DNA from: Convolutriloba macropyga
Lineage: Eukaryota
Length of the DNA: 64,000 nucleotides
Assembly (NCBI RefSeq): GCF_964194025.1
Contig: NC_134468.1
Coordinates: forward strand, 78,430,001-78,494,000
Direction: 5' to 3'
This document shows, in pieces, positions 23,900 to 37,759 of this stretch (position 1 is the stretch's first letter; every line of letters begins with the position of its first letter). A program made the position numbers and the translations under genes. The notes below the pieces were generated by a model. The model was not told where the DNA came from. It was given only the letters and a program-made list of their open reading frames with translations, and did not search any database.

Positions 23900-24400
23900 A
23901 CTCTCACTTTCGTCAGTTCCTCCCATTTGTTAAACAGTTGAAATAGAATATGGCTTTTTCTTTTGCACAAAGTTTGTTGAAATTATTTTTGCCCTTCGAA
24001 TGATTTTGATAGTTTTGTGTAAAATAGTTCACAGATATCGAATGCCAAGCAAGTAAACTCAGATCAATGATAGATCACTCAAGCAAATCTGACAAAAATT
24101 CTATTTTCTCATCTCGCGTAGAATATTGCACCAGGATTCCTCAAGAGAACGCTTTGAATTATTTGTGTAAGATAATAATAGGGATATTTTCCCGTTTCCC
24201 AATCAATACCGTGCAAATTTCTAGTCAACCAACTGAAGTATTGCTTTTGTTGAGTTCTGAGCTCACCATAACTTGTTGAAGGTAAAAATGACACGCAGTC
24301 AATATAGTTCTCGGCACAAATACCAATTTTTCTTAACAATAATTTTTTTTCTTTGACGAAGTCTTTCAACGCCTAACACAACTGTTTTGCTGGTTATCAT
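23900..24400 (-). pseudogene. Polinton-associated DEDD/RNase H-fold exonuclease-like ORF
   Basis: MITSKTVVL(G)VE...IVK, frameshift to FLP...WLTRNLHGIDWETGKYPY...FYA. Confidence 0.55.
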
Positions 24401-25084
24401 TCCTATAATTGAAAAATTGAGGGACGAAAAATCCGTATTTAAAAGCAAAACAATGTTCCCGACAAATGACCGCTAAAATAACTGCTGCTTTTTCACGGAA
24501 GCATAAAAGAGTAATCATGTCCTGGGTTATTTATTTCGTTAGTATTTGAATCGAATGCAAAATAGCGTGTAATCGTGAAACTTTTGAGATTTTCAAGTAT
24601 TTATCTACTGAAGAACTATCTATGCAAAAAATACCACCGTAGGGCCTATATTTTAGCGCTATTCCAAAATCAAACCCTTCAATTTCACTAAAAAATTCAC
24701 TCGTAGCCAGAAAATAATGTAACTTTACACTGTTTTTTGGGTAAATTGATGAAACCGAAATTTAATTTTCGTGGATTTTGTTCAAACAATTTCTGCAAAC
24801 AAAAGGTTTTTCAAGATGCATACCTTCTTTTCCCTAGGCTGGCTGCCCATTTAAATGTAAATGGTACTATAAAAAAATAGATTATTGATCATTGCGCCGG
24901 GAAAATCATTCATTAACAACAGACAGTATAGATTTGATTGATTAAGCATATACTTAAACTTGATCATGCAAAGCAAGTTCCTTTGAAACCGAAGATAAGG
25001 AAGCAATAAAAGAGTGTTCCCAGCGTACGCTGGCCTTAGTGTGCATGTATCCTCGTTTATAGCCTATCCAATACACTACCAACC

Positions 25085-25102
25085 ACAAACACACACACAC
25101 AA

Positions 25103-25150
<48 letters not shown>
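25085..25150. repeat. Compound (CA)n(TA)n microsatellite
   Basis: Direct reading. Confidence 0.97.
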
Positions 25151-25151
<1 letters not shown>

Positions 25152-26304
25152 AATATACATATTTACACACACCGATAACACAATATTTACAATATGCTAT
25201 ATTGTTTATTACTATGGTAAGAAAACGTTAAATGCGTTCGAGTAGTATACAATCAGAAAGCGTGAAAGCACTGAGGTCAAGTTTTGTTCCCGATCTTATT
25301 ATACTTGAGAGTGTAAGAAAACTTTGTTAAGTATCTGTTGAAGTAATTTCGCCCTATCTAAAAAGAGAAATTATTGCGAGAACACACGTTAAAACCAAGG
25401 CATCAACAAACCACAAAGCCTTATAAATCTTTTGATCTACATAGCATTCCTCATATCAACGCTGTTTGGTATTTGAAAAACATACTGCATTCATTAATTG
25501 CTCTAGATAAAAAAGTAATAAAATTGGGTGTGTACATGCTACATAGCTAGCACGGAAAAATTGGAAACTTTAAAATGAATAGTAAACTGAGTCTCACCTG
25601 AAATACAAGGATTTGAGTTTAATGAACTTTTGTGTAGTAGCTACTTGAGTAACCTTTTGCAACAAAGCGGAATAAATTGATTGAACGCGCCTTAGTTTCA
25701 ACTTATAACTGAAAACTTATTCTCTATTTTTGGCGTCAATTTGCATTTGCTCAATTCCAAATTTTATTTAGCAGAACTGTTCCTGGATTTCAAAAACAGA
25801 TTCCTATTGTTCAAGTCGATTACCAATATTCTGCTATAACCGAAAAAATAACTCTAATGTCTACTCTAGCCATCATCCTAAAGGCGGAATCGACGCCATA
25901 CAGCCGAACAATTGCTAATGAGACTTACAGAAAACAGATTGTTATCATTGTACAGCAGGAATATCAATTAGATGAGTGGGTTACAGTAAATCAAATGGCG
26001 GTGCCTACTGTGATTTTTGATTTCATTCAGTCATTTTGATTTGAGAAAGGACTTATGAAAAGAGCTCAGAACTTGCTAGATTTTGTAACGTCTTTTCTCA
26101 GAAAGTTTGTGAGCAAGTGTTTTGCACCAGGGAAACGAAGAATCGATCTCAATTATGAACACTAAATAAAACTTATACCTTGATTGATATTGTTTGTTGT
26201 GTGCGTGACATTCTTTTGTGAAGCTGCATTTGTAAATTTTGACTATTTCATAATTGAATTCTCAGATCATTCAGCTTATTTCAAAATCAATCTCTGCATA
26301 TTAT

Positions 26305-28086
26305 TCGTGGTAAAAGTCCCTATTACCTTGAAAAGAAAAATTTTCAGTCAAAACTTTGTTTCCGTTGTGGACAATGAATACACTCTAAATGGTATCAACA
26401 CACTGTGAGAGGAATTTAAGAAATGCGGCTTGCTTTGAATTGAATCGTAAAGAAAATGCAACATCAATAATACTATTAAAGAGCACTTTTCCTCAGTTTG
26501 GCTTTGCATTGTCTAATGCACAGATATGCTTAAAATAGAACTCAAACACAGCCTAGTTTAATGGTTGCCACCCCCAAATTTTGTCTATCATGTAGTGAAA
26601 TCATACAATAACACTCCAAAGAATTCTTCATAGAAACATGAATTGGTTAATCGCCGGCAAAACAAACAAAATCATGCCTTTTTTCGTTTTTATTCTCTCA
26701 TGCTTTTTATCTACAGTTTCAGCACAAATAATAAAAATGACCTTGTACACTGTATAATTTCTTTAATAAGAATGTTCTTTTAAAACATTTGGTTCGCAAG
26801 ATAGTGATAGTTTTTACTAAGAACAAAAAAATTACCAAAATCATTTATTCAGCATCCAGTTAATCACTATTATTTGTTTCGCAAAGCTGTTAAATGACAA
26901 TATTTCTTTGTAAATTGCGTTTCAACTAAGAGACAACATTTTATTCTACATTCTTAGACCAAGAAACATCAATTTTTTCACTTTTTTTGTCAAAAATGCC
27001 GAAAAATAACAAAAAGTTAACAAAAAGTAACATGCAAACAACACCCAATTACTCAATTTTAATTGTTCGACCAAACTTTTACCTTGCAAAGCTTTGTTGC
27101 CTACTCCATTAAAACTAGCTTAGAACATTTATTCTTCATTTTTACTTCAAAAAATACCAATTTTTGCACATTTTTCGCCTTTATTCATTGAAAAATACAA
27201 AAAATGTAGGTACAAGTTATCACTAAATAAGGTTTAATATAAACCCGATTCCTTAACAGTATTTCACCTACGATATTTTAACACAAATTAAAGTGTACAA
27301 AATGCTTATTGGTGGCGAAAAACAATTTTTTTTAACTTTTTACAACCAAAAAACAATAATTTTTGCACTTTTTTTCAAAATTTTATGTTTTTGGCGCAAA
27401 TCAACGTCAAATATACACCTTAAGCCCTGCAATCAAACTATTTTCATTTCGTAATGTTACCAAAATTCAATTGGCCCCCATATGCAGAATTTACCGAAAC
27501 AGTAATTAAGCCAAATATTCACTTTTCTAGCCCATTTTCAGACAAATTTTAAACCCCATTTTTTTCAATTTTTCAGTCAATTTTCACAATATTTTGTTCC
27601 CCATTCATTCTCATGCTCTACTTTCAGTTCGAAACTCTGCATGAAACTTCTCTCCAAACTTGAATTTTAACAAACTTCCAATTTAATCACTTCGCACTTA
27701 CTTGTTAATTCAAACATTTGGGCAATTAAACCCATGAAATTAATACCACTTGTGCGTTCTCAGACTCAAAAAACAATTAAATTTCTTATATACGAACAAA
27801 AACTCATCAAATTTAAACTATCTTTTTCTTCCCTTACCTCAGTATTCCACTCATTCACCGCAATAATTTTTTTCCAAAAATTTTACAATTTCCACCACTC
27901 TCACAACACCAAATTCACAAAAAATTGCAAGTTTTTGCCAACCACGAGAAACAAAATTTTCGAAAAATTTTACAAGTTTGCGACAAGGGCATCCAAAAAA
28001 GGCCATGCCGGTATTGTAACGGGGGAAAGCCCCCCCCCCCCCCCCCCTCCCCCCGTTAAAATACAGGCATCTTTACTGCTACTACT
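26305..28086 (-). repeat. Right terminal inverted repeat arm
   Basis: Reverse complement of 15682-17398, including the poly-C counterpart (28030-28054) of the G-tract at 15712-15726. Confidence 0.85.
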
Positions 28087-29369
28087 GTGAGCCTGGGCTC
28101 ATTTTTAAACTGCCCTTGCGTCAACTGAGTCTTGAAACCTGCTCTGTTATTTGCTAGTCATCACCAAATGCACCGTTCCACATTACTAGGCAATAACCCC
28201 CTTTATCATGTTGCGACCCCTCAGCATTTGTCATGCGGGGGCCCAATGCTAATACCGTCCAACTCACAAATGTTTTCAAATTTTATCTGCTACTCACAGT
28301 TTAAAAATGATCCCAAAAAATGAGCTAACAAAGCTTTGGCGCCTTTTCGCACATTACAGCGCATTTTTGCAAGGTTTTTGCGTTGATTTTTTTTGAAGTT
28401 TCAGCGCATTGCAGCGGATTTCTAACATAGTGTCCGGAAAATTTCTCCACCAGGGAGCTTAACCTTCTTATACTACAGATTCATTTGTTTTAATCTATTT
28501 GTTCTCAGCAGAAGCAGCTTGGAAATGGCACATAGGCAATTGCCGACAGTCAGAGAAACGCACATTGTGTTGGCATATGAAAAGCTTGTATAAATCATTA
28601 ATTAAGTTCCGAACATAGCATACTGTCAACATATTAAGCTCACAGTAACTCCTTGGTTTGGTCCTGGGTCTGCTCCGTCCGGCCCACATGTCGGTCTAGG
28701 GTGTCCTCGGTCTGGTCTTTGCGCTTCTGACAAAAATCTCCGGCGGGCTTCAAACTTTCACCATAAGAAAACTTATATTTCCAATTCTCATTACGCTCAT
28801 CAAGATCTTTCGTAGTAGGAGAGTTCTTTCCAAAGGACACTTTAAATTTCAACTAACTGGGACTCTCAGCTTTAAAATGTGTTTCTGTTAATTTTGTTTT
28901 TTGTTACTATTGTTTAATCAATTAGCTGGTGATAGTTAAGGTGTTGTCCTGCAATTGGGTAAACATAGCTGGCATATTGCCGGAAAATAGCCGCAATAGC
29001 TTAGTAGATCTGCACTCTCAAAAAACATTAAGAGACAGACCTGAAGTAAAAGTAAAAGAATCTGTATAAGTTTTCGCTGCCTCTGTTAGCTGCCCTTAAA
29101 TAACCTTCATTTAGAGAGACACACACTCACTTGACCTGATTTCTTTGAATTAAAGTAAATAAAGGTCGATTTCAAAGTGAGGGAGTCATATTTGAGAGTG
29201 AGGTAAGTCACGTGTGAACCGAAATTTAATCAAGCGAATGAACAAAAACTCGCTCCACCTAACGAAAAATGACCTAACGCACACGTTTCAGTTGAAATTG
29301 CATGCACGAATGAACAAAAAGTGACTGTGTTGTCATATTGTTGTAACAAATATCTTGACGACAAAAAAA

Positions 29370-30570
29370 ACCTAACAGGACAAGTCCTGAGGTACAATTC
29401 AAAGAGTTTTCATTGAACAAACAAAAAACTAGTCCTAGAACGGACTATGAGTGAATTGGGAAAACCATTTGAAAAAAAAATCAGATCAAAAAACAAAAAA
29501 AAGAAAATCAATGTCAAAATGCCGCTAGCGAGAACAAAAAACCACGAGCGAGAAATGTCAATCTGATTCTAACAAAAAAACTAGGCCCAGAATGAACAAT
29601 GAATGGATTGGGAAAACAATTTAGATGAAATTCCGATCAAAAAATTCGAAAAAAGAGTAAAAATCAAAATGAAATTGCCGCATGTGAACAAACAACTACT
29701 AGCGAGAAAGCGAATTTTTGTTCAAACACCGTTTTCTCACTCTACTTAAAAAATATCACGCCGCAAAACTACTTGCTTTTTCGTTCCATTTCTTATTTCG
29801 GCGTGAACAAAATCGCTACTCCAATTTGACTTCAAAAATCAAGAAAATGCGTGAACAGATCTTTAAAAAAAAGACAGCGCCCCAATACAATTCAAATTCT
29901 TTGAATTGTAAAAACATAGCAGGACAAGTCCTGACGTACAATTCAATAAATTTTGATTAACTGAACGAAAAACTAGACCTAGAACGGACTACAAATGATT
30001 TGGGAAAACCATTTTCAAAAAAATGAGATAAAAAAATTTACAAAAAAAAACAGAAAATCAATGTCTCATGTGAACAAAAAAAATCAAAAGCGAGAAACTG
30101 AATTTTAGTTCAAGCAAAACTAGGCCTAGAATGAACCATGAATGGATTGGGACAGCCATTTGGAAAAAAATGATCCATAAAATCGAAAAAAAGAGTAAAA
30201 ATCAAAGTGAAATTGCCGCATGTGAACAAAAAAAAATTCACTAGCGAGAAAGCGATTCTGGCGAAAAAAAAACTATCGAGACACCGTTTTCTCACTCTAC
30301 TTTAAAATTAGAGCAAAAAATTTTCACGCCGCAAAACCACTCTCTTTTTCGCTCCACTCCAAAATCACTACTCCAATTTGACTTCAAAGATCATGAACAG
30401 ATCTTAAAATGGGTGAACAGATCTTAAAAAAAGACAGCGCCCCAATACAATTCAAATTCTTTGAATGGTAAAGAAAACAAGAGAATGGTAAAGAAAACAA
30501 GAGAATGGTAAAGAAAACAAGACAGCGCCCCAATACAATTCAAATTCTTTGAATGGTAAAGAAAACAAGA
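29370..30570 (+). repeat. ~545-bp tandem duplication built of ~140-bp subunits, ending in 20-bp repeats GAATGGTAAAGAAAACAAGA
   Basis: CAGGACAAGTCCTGA.GTACAATTC at ~29376 and ~29919; AAACTAG.CCTAGAA...GGGAAAACCATTT subunits. Confidence 0.85.
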
Positions 30571-31859
30571 AACTTTGCGGCTATTAAAAAAAATGTTGCC
30601 TGCTTTATCAGACGTCTCTACTTCTCAGCTTCTGCTATTTAGAATTGAACTCATTATCAATATCGAAATGGACACAGCAAAACATTCATTTGCACTTTAT
30701 GTTGGATTAAACAATTTTTGCCCTCTATTATAGCTTGTCACATTGACAAAAATTAACAGATGACTTTATACTCAATTAATACATGATGAAAGATAAAAAT
30801 TGAGTGCGACGGAACATTAAGTGGAAACAAAGATGATGACTGCGTGAGAATAATGCTTGATTTCTACTAATCTTTTCAGTTTGCTAACTGAACTCCTTCA
30901 AATAGGAGTATTATTTTTGTTCTACTATCTTTGTTGGTTCAGCTAATGTATTACGCGTCATCAATATACGTCTTAGTGAGAATAAAAAACTTTTGCTAGA
31001 CCTAGTGCAAACCCCATATCATAATGCCACAACCCAGACTGTAAAAAAAAATGTTCCTGCCAGTCTATCAGCTTTAAAAATATCACACTGCTGAATCACC
31101 ATAAGGTTTCCGTTTCTCCGAATTATTCATTTTTCACTCTAAATGAGAAAAAGATGATTTGAGGATGAACGACTTGTTCTGTTTATTTGAAAAAAATCAA
31201 TATCAAAACAGGAAGATGAGACAGTAAGAAAAAAACGAAGAGATAGACGTTGACAACATTTTTCTAAGTTTCAAAACGCGTTCTAATTTGGCGTGCAGTT
31301 TCAGTTAGATTCTCAAATTGTATTTGAATCATCTTCTAAACTAAACTTCAGATTTTTGCCAATGCCAGCTAGCAACCTCTCTCAATAACTGGGCTTTATC
31401 GGTTATTCCATACACCTTTTTTTCTAATTTTGCTCTTCTGATTTTGACCGTATTCAATAAATTGCGTATTTCAACAAGTGACAAAACTTAAAATTAGTTC
31501 AGTTGAAAGAGTTTGTGAGTAAGTTGGGAGTCAAATCCGAATTTCATGACTTATGTAAACCGAACGACGTCATAATTAGGGAAAAACAAATTAAATACCC
31601 GGAGGTGACTTTTATTGAATCGTGAAAAGTCATTAGAGAAACATTTGATCAAGAATTCAAGAAACAGCAATAATCAAAATCAAACTGCACCTTGAGAGTA
31701 AAAAACTCCTACCAAGAGAGCAAATTTTTTTAAGCAAACTTTTCTGAATCTATTTCTAAAAAACTAGTTAACATCTTTACGCCGCAAAACGACCTCTTTT
31801 ATTATTACAAATTAGCGTGAAAAAAAATTAACTTGAACTTCAAAAACTATAAATTCTGT

Positions 31860-31972
31860 AACAGATCTTAGAAATAACATAGCTGAAAATTCCCAAAACT
31901 ACTTGAAGTAGAAAATTGAACAGATCTTAGAAATAACATAGCTGAGAATTCCCAAAACTACTTCAAGTAGAA
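31860..31972 (+). repeat. 59-bp tandem duplication
   Basis: AACAGATCTTAGAAATAACATAGCTG...AAGTAGAA twice. Confidence 0.9.
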
Positions 31973-34900
31973 GACTACTTGAAGTGCAAAATAATTTCGT
32001 TGATGAATCAGAATTAAGGCACCATACTTTTTTTAACAGATCTGAGTTTCTCAGAACTCTTCAAAAGAAAAGTTCGTGCAAGCAGGAGATTACATCAATT
32101 ATTGTTCACAAAAGCTACAGAAAGCAGCTTCAAACTGAATCTTTGTAAAGGTTTTGTTTATAATGGTATGAGATCAACGAGAAATTTTAGGCTGTTTTAA
32201 TCAGATTCGCCGACGATTTTACGTGTCCTAAAGTTTTCATATAAAGATGTTCCTACTAAACTCCAAAACTAAACCACTCCTATTACGAATATTTTTTCCA
32301 TCAAAAAAGACCCGCGTTAAATGAAAATGAGGGTGATCCTTTAGTTGCTGAATAACTCCTTTGAATTTTTCCAGAAAATAAACTTCAAAACAGTGCAAAT
32401 TTTCTCTGAATGCAAAATAGCGGACACAATATCATCACGATTGCTGCAAAACAACTGTTCTAATAAGGCATTTCTCAGCTTAAAAAACATTATTCAAGTT
32501 AGTTTTTGTCGTCGAACGGTGAACAATTGGTTTATTTAGTGCGGATTATATTGTTGTTGTGTGTATATTCTCATTGTATAACTATCCTCAAATTGACAAT
32601 TTGGAACAATATTAGACGTCTACTGACTGCGCTCAATTCCTATTTCTACTCTTACTTTGGGTCTGAGGGGGGGGGGTTGATTTTAAGTCTGATCAAAATA
32701 AGTCTACTTTTTTGAAGAGACATCAAAGATTGAAGGGATTCGGACAGTGGAGGAAGGGGAGGGGCTTGGCCCCATAGTAGGTGAGGACTTTGAGAAGATC
32801 AATGTTGTTGTTGACATCTGAAACAATCACGCATTTGACGACTCAATTTAGGTTACCAACACAACAATAAGTACTCGTCAAACCGAAATTGGTTTAAAAA
32901 AGCGTAAGTTGAACAAAAAGTCGAGTTGCAAGATACAATATCCTGGGGAACAGTGACGAGAGAAAGCCAAGATAAATCGGATTTTATCTCAAGCGTTCCT
33001 CCGGCTCAACCCTGTTTTTTCGTTTGTTTCGCTCAAAATTCCTATGCAAATCGCGTGCAAAAATCATGTTTATAATTTTTGAAAATTTGTTTTTTTTCAA
33101 GTTTAAATTAGACAACTCAAAAAGTTTGTTTAATATGTCGAATTTGCCATCATATTACAGCCTAAATGTTTAAAAGTATTTGAGATTAATTGTATCCATA
33201 TTAAATTTGAAGATGTTTTATTGGGGGTCCAAGCTTGTATACAGCTGAACAACATACAGTGATGTCAATAAAACATTTTTGAGTGTGTGTATACCCCAGA
33301 CCCATTAAAACAAACCAAAGGTGTAATTAGTACCAGCACCAGGAGTGCCCAAATCAAAACTCTTTCCAATGACGCGTTCACGTGAGAAGCCACAACTGAT
33401 TTTGAAAATCAGAGGATACTGAAATTACTATCACAGGTGCTGAAAAAGTACCGAAGGCCGAATACTAATCAATTGGTAGTTAACTTTAATTAAAGGAGCT
33501 GTAGCAGTTTAAATACTGAATACACGCCTCCAGCCAAACAGAGACGGAGAAAACACTATTCTCTTTTATATAGCGCTAACTCTACTGTACTCAGTCACTC
33601 TAGTAGATAGTTGCACGATGTGTATATATTTAACTTCGGTGTTGTATTGTATTACCACCGTATTAATAGAAGTTTAGCTTCTTTGTTTTATAATATCGGT
33701 TAGTCTGAGAAAACTAGGTAAGCCTAATTCGCGCGCAGAAATAAGTAGCCCTAGCTCTTTGCACCTTTTAATTCTGTAAAAGGAGCCCACTTCGGGTCTG
33801 CTTTAACTGGTGCCACCAGTGACTTAACAAACTCTAACCGTAGAAAGAACTCTCATAAAACACAACTTTTTCTACTAAAAAGAATCTTAGAGCTAGCATT
33901 CTATAACTTTATATCCATTTATACATTTACATATAGAAAAAAAGGGAACACAATCTTACCAAATAACTAAATACAAATTGACCCGCTAATAAAACACATC
34001 TATCTTAACCAATATGAGCCAACACAATGGCCAAACATCATCTCAGTCAGACACACATTCCAATGAAATCCAATGGTCCACTCTCGGACAACAAAACAAA
34101 CGTTCAAAGATTGAACTAAAACCTTTCGAAATCACTAAAATTCGGATCTCAGACGAATTAAATATATTATTAAACACAGCACTCCAACTCAAAAACCACT
34201 ATTGTGGCACTGATCAACAGCCTCCTCTCCATCTGCCAGAAAAGTCACAAATTGCTCGAACAGCTTTCCTTTCATATCTCTTCGAGACATAAGGTAAACA
34301 ACTCACAACAGGTACAATTTTTTTTTACTTGTGATCCTGTCACATATAGAAATACCTATCTATTTATGACAATTTATTTCACCCACTATCAGATACATTT
34401 TTTGAATTCCTAAAAGAACCATCAGTCGAATTTCTAAAACAACTAGCATCAGCACTAAACACTGCCACTGCACAGTCAAGATCAGAAAACGTACACAAAA
34501 TTAGTTAAGAAGTAAAGGACTATAACCTTTTTATAATTTTTGTAAGCCCTGGACATGACGCGATTTAACAGAAGATGAAATATTAGATGTCCTTACACTC
34601 TTATCATGGTATATACATAGTTTTCGAAAAAATGTTTTTCGTCACATTTTTACAGCTGCAAAATAAATAGCAGAAAAAAACTTCGTTTAAATGAAAAGCT
34701 ACCGGAAGTACAACAAAGGAACACAAAAGCAATTTTGATCCAATTTGGTTTCAGGAAAATTTTGTAATCACTACAGAAGTACAATCTGAAATTGCACGAT
34801 AACTCAATATCGCATATCACATTGTGCAAGTCACTTGCAAATCACATTGCGGAATCACAACGCGGAAAAACAACCATTTACAATTACAAATTTTATAGAG

Positions 34901-35749
34901 ATGAACACAAAAAACTCCCTTGAAGCGTCGCCAAAATAATTTCTTCTCGGAACAAAATAAGAGATATATGACTTAAAACATTGTGTTTTCATGAAAAGCA
35001 GCGGCATTTGTATTAGTGTTATAATGTCTATCAAAGGCCTCACTAAAAAGTAAAAGAATTCGAATTAGTTGTCTTTGATCCTCATAGTATTAGCGCAGAC
35101 AAATACTCTATTGGGAACCAGAGTAAAAAGACTTGAGCTTTGCCTGAATTTTCTTCTGATTGTGATCATCGTGAAACTCGATAAAACTTGATTAAAAACA
35201 AAACTGCTATCTCCTAAGGGGAATCAAAGGTACTCACTGGATTATTTGGACGAGTATCCACATCTGGGTAAGAATGTGACATGCATACTTGTGCTCGCAT
35301 AAAGACTGGAATTTGAAACACGCGTTGTTTGTTGACTCTTAAAAGTACGAAACCAAGTAACAACAGAATCCGGTCAACTTGAAAAAAGTATTTACAATAA
35401 ACAAGTTGCATCTTGTGAGTTATCGTCTACGCTCATCATTCCACTTATATATCAGGTGGAAATTTTCTACAAGAGACGAATCTCTTTATTGCTCAGAAAA
35501 GCTGAGTACCCTCAGGCCCAAGAAAAACCATCAGTCGCGGGAAAGTGACAAAAAAGAACGGAAATGAGCACGAGAAGAATTAGCTGCAGTCGAGAGTAAG
35601 AAAATGCTCGAGCGGAGCAGTTGGATAACAGTGACAGAAAAAATTTACCGTTCAGTGAATTCTTTGTGAAAGAACATAATCGCTTAGTTGCAGTGAGTGA
35701 AACTGCAAAGGTGATCAAAATTTTTGTTTGCGAAGATTATTAGTTTCAG

Positions 35750-36505
35750 CAGAGCTCTGAGAGGCAGAACTCATTAATGTTATTTGGGTTAGGAACTTCA
35801 TATAACGAGTTCGGGATACCTGTAGACATATTGATTGAACTTGTTTGGACCATAAATAGGTTTAGCGGAAAAATTACATTTGAATTGTTGAAGTGATTCA
35901 ATTAATTGTCTTTGTTTGCTGAAATTATTTTTCCTGATTATAATGTAATCTGGATGGAGGTTTTCAAACACCCGAGAGAGCAACATTTTGGAGGACAACA
36001 CAGAGCTCTGAGAGGCAGAACTTAGCATTGTTATTTGGTTTAGGAACTTTATATAACGAGTTCGGGATACCTGTGGACATATTGATCGAACTTGTTTGGA
36101 CCGTTAATAGCTTTAGCGGAAAAATTACATTTGACTTGTTGAAGTGATTCAATTAATTGTCTATGTTTGCTGAAATTATAATTCCTGATTATTGATGTAA
36201 TCTGGAGGGAGGTTTTCAAACACCCGAGAGAGCAACATTTTGGAGGACAACACATAGCTCTGAGAGGCAGAACTTAGCATTGTTATTTGGTTTAGGAATT
36301 CCTTTTAATGAGTTCAGGATACCTGTGGATATTTTGATTGAAGTTGTTTGGACCTTCAATTATGTTTGACGGAAAAATTACATTTGGATTGTTAAAGTTA
36401 TTTGATTAGCTGTCTTTGTTTGCTGACTTTATAAATCCAGATTATTATTTAAATCTGTAGTGAGGTTTTCAAGCACCCGAGAGAGCAACATTGTGGAAGA
36501 TAACA
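35750..36505 (+). repeat. ~251-bp tandem repeat, 3 copies
   Basis: AGCTCTGAGAGGCAGAACT at ~35753, ~36004 and ~36256; explains the repeated short minus-strand ORFs. Confidence 0.93.
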
Positions 36506-37759
36506 CAATGCACAAACATCAACAAGAAGAACCACCAAACAAATCTTATGGAAGATTGATAGTGTTTGGCGTGCTAGTAAGTCCCCATCTAAAAGCCTTC
36601 GAACGACAAAAATACACAATTCTTCAAATTTACTTGAGACTAAAATTTGTTCCACGTGAACATGCTCGTTTAAAAATTTGCAGGTCGCGTTCAATTAAAA
36701 ATTTTTGAAACAAAAAGTAGTGGCGAGAATCGGCGATGTGCTCAACCCACAACAATGAGATTGTAATGGTGACAATAATTTAAAACTGACCATAGATGGT
36801 AACATGACATTGCTTCTCTTCTAAACCTCTGTTTCAATTAAATACTAGCATTCAATACCAGACTTTAAGCTTGAAGAAACGTCTCTAATTTGAGTAATTT
36901 TTTATTTTTCGCAGAGATTCTGTTTTCCTTGCCACTGCGATATGTTGACCGAAATCTCAAACTCAAACAAGTGCGAGGGTTCATGCTACTGACACATAAA
37001 ATTTTAACATTGTATTTCAAATCAACCTCAAGCTAAAATGTTTTGTCTCTCTCTGGTGCGGTGGATAATTCACTAGTTTCGCTGCATAGGAAGTTTTGGA
37101 GTTCTTTCCTCGATACTCTTCCCAATATTAGTGAAAGGAGTACTAATCTGGGAGATACAGAAACAAACTTCAATTGAGTTATAATTTGAGATGTACAGTT
37201 TGAAAAATCATCATAACTATCATTTTTGGACTTCCAAAAACGTTTTTTTTTTCTCAAAACAAATTTGACGAGAGAGTTTATATTAATTGAAATTTATTAT
37301 TCTGTAAAATTTGTGAACACTTATTTCAATTTTTAATATTTTTTTTGTACAGAGGCTTAATTAGTTATTAAAAAATGAATTTGGAATTTCAAGGAATCAT
37401 TATAGTAAGTATCATCATTTATAATAATTATCATTGTATTGTTATCAAACCAAATATTACAGCTGTATATGGATTAGTAGTGTTTTTTGTTAACAAAGAG
37501 GCAGGTATAAACAAATAAAAGGTTGATATCGAAGAATTGGTCAGTGTTGTTGAATTTCAGCATATCGATGCAGCTGAGAAAACGCATAATGCAAAGTATC
37601 TCAAATGATGGCCGAACCAGCGAATCACTGCTTTCATTATTTTTTATTAATCGCTGTCCTCATCTGAATCCAATTTGATGTTATCACACCTGGACATAAA
37701 TGCCCATTTGAAGGTTTTACTTTGAGCGCTGACAGCGTTGTCAGTAGAAACATTCAACT

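Larger units (their letters stand above)
15682..28086. mobile_element. Degenerate Maverick/Polinton (adintovirus-like) element; no pPolB visible
   Basis: AGTAGTAGTAGTAAAAATGCCTGTATTTT at 15682 and its inverted copy ending ...CTACTACT at 28086; internal protease, capsid, integrase and ATPase pseudogenes in the typical Polinton cluster. Confidence 0.88.

Noticed and set aside
35798-36708. Repeated short ORFs as a gene family
   Set aside because: They arise from the 251-bp tandem repeat and frames are not conserved between units
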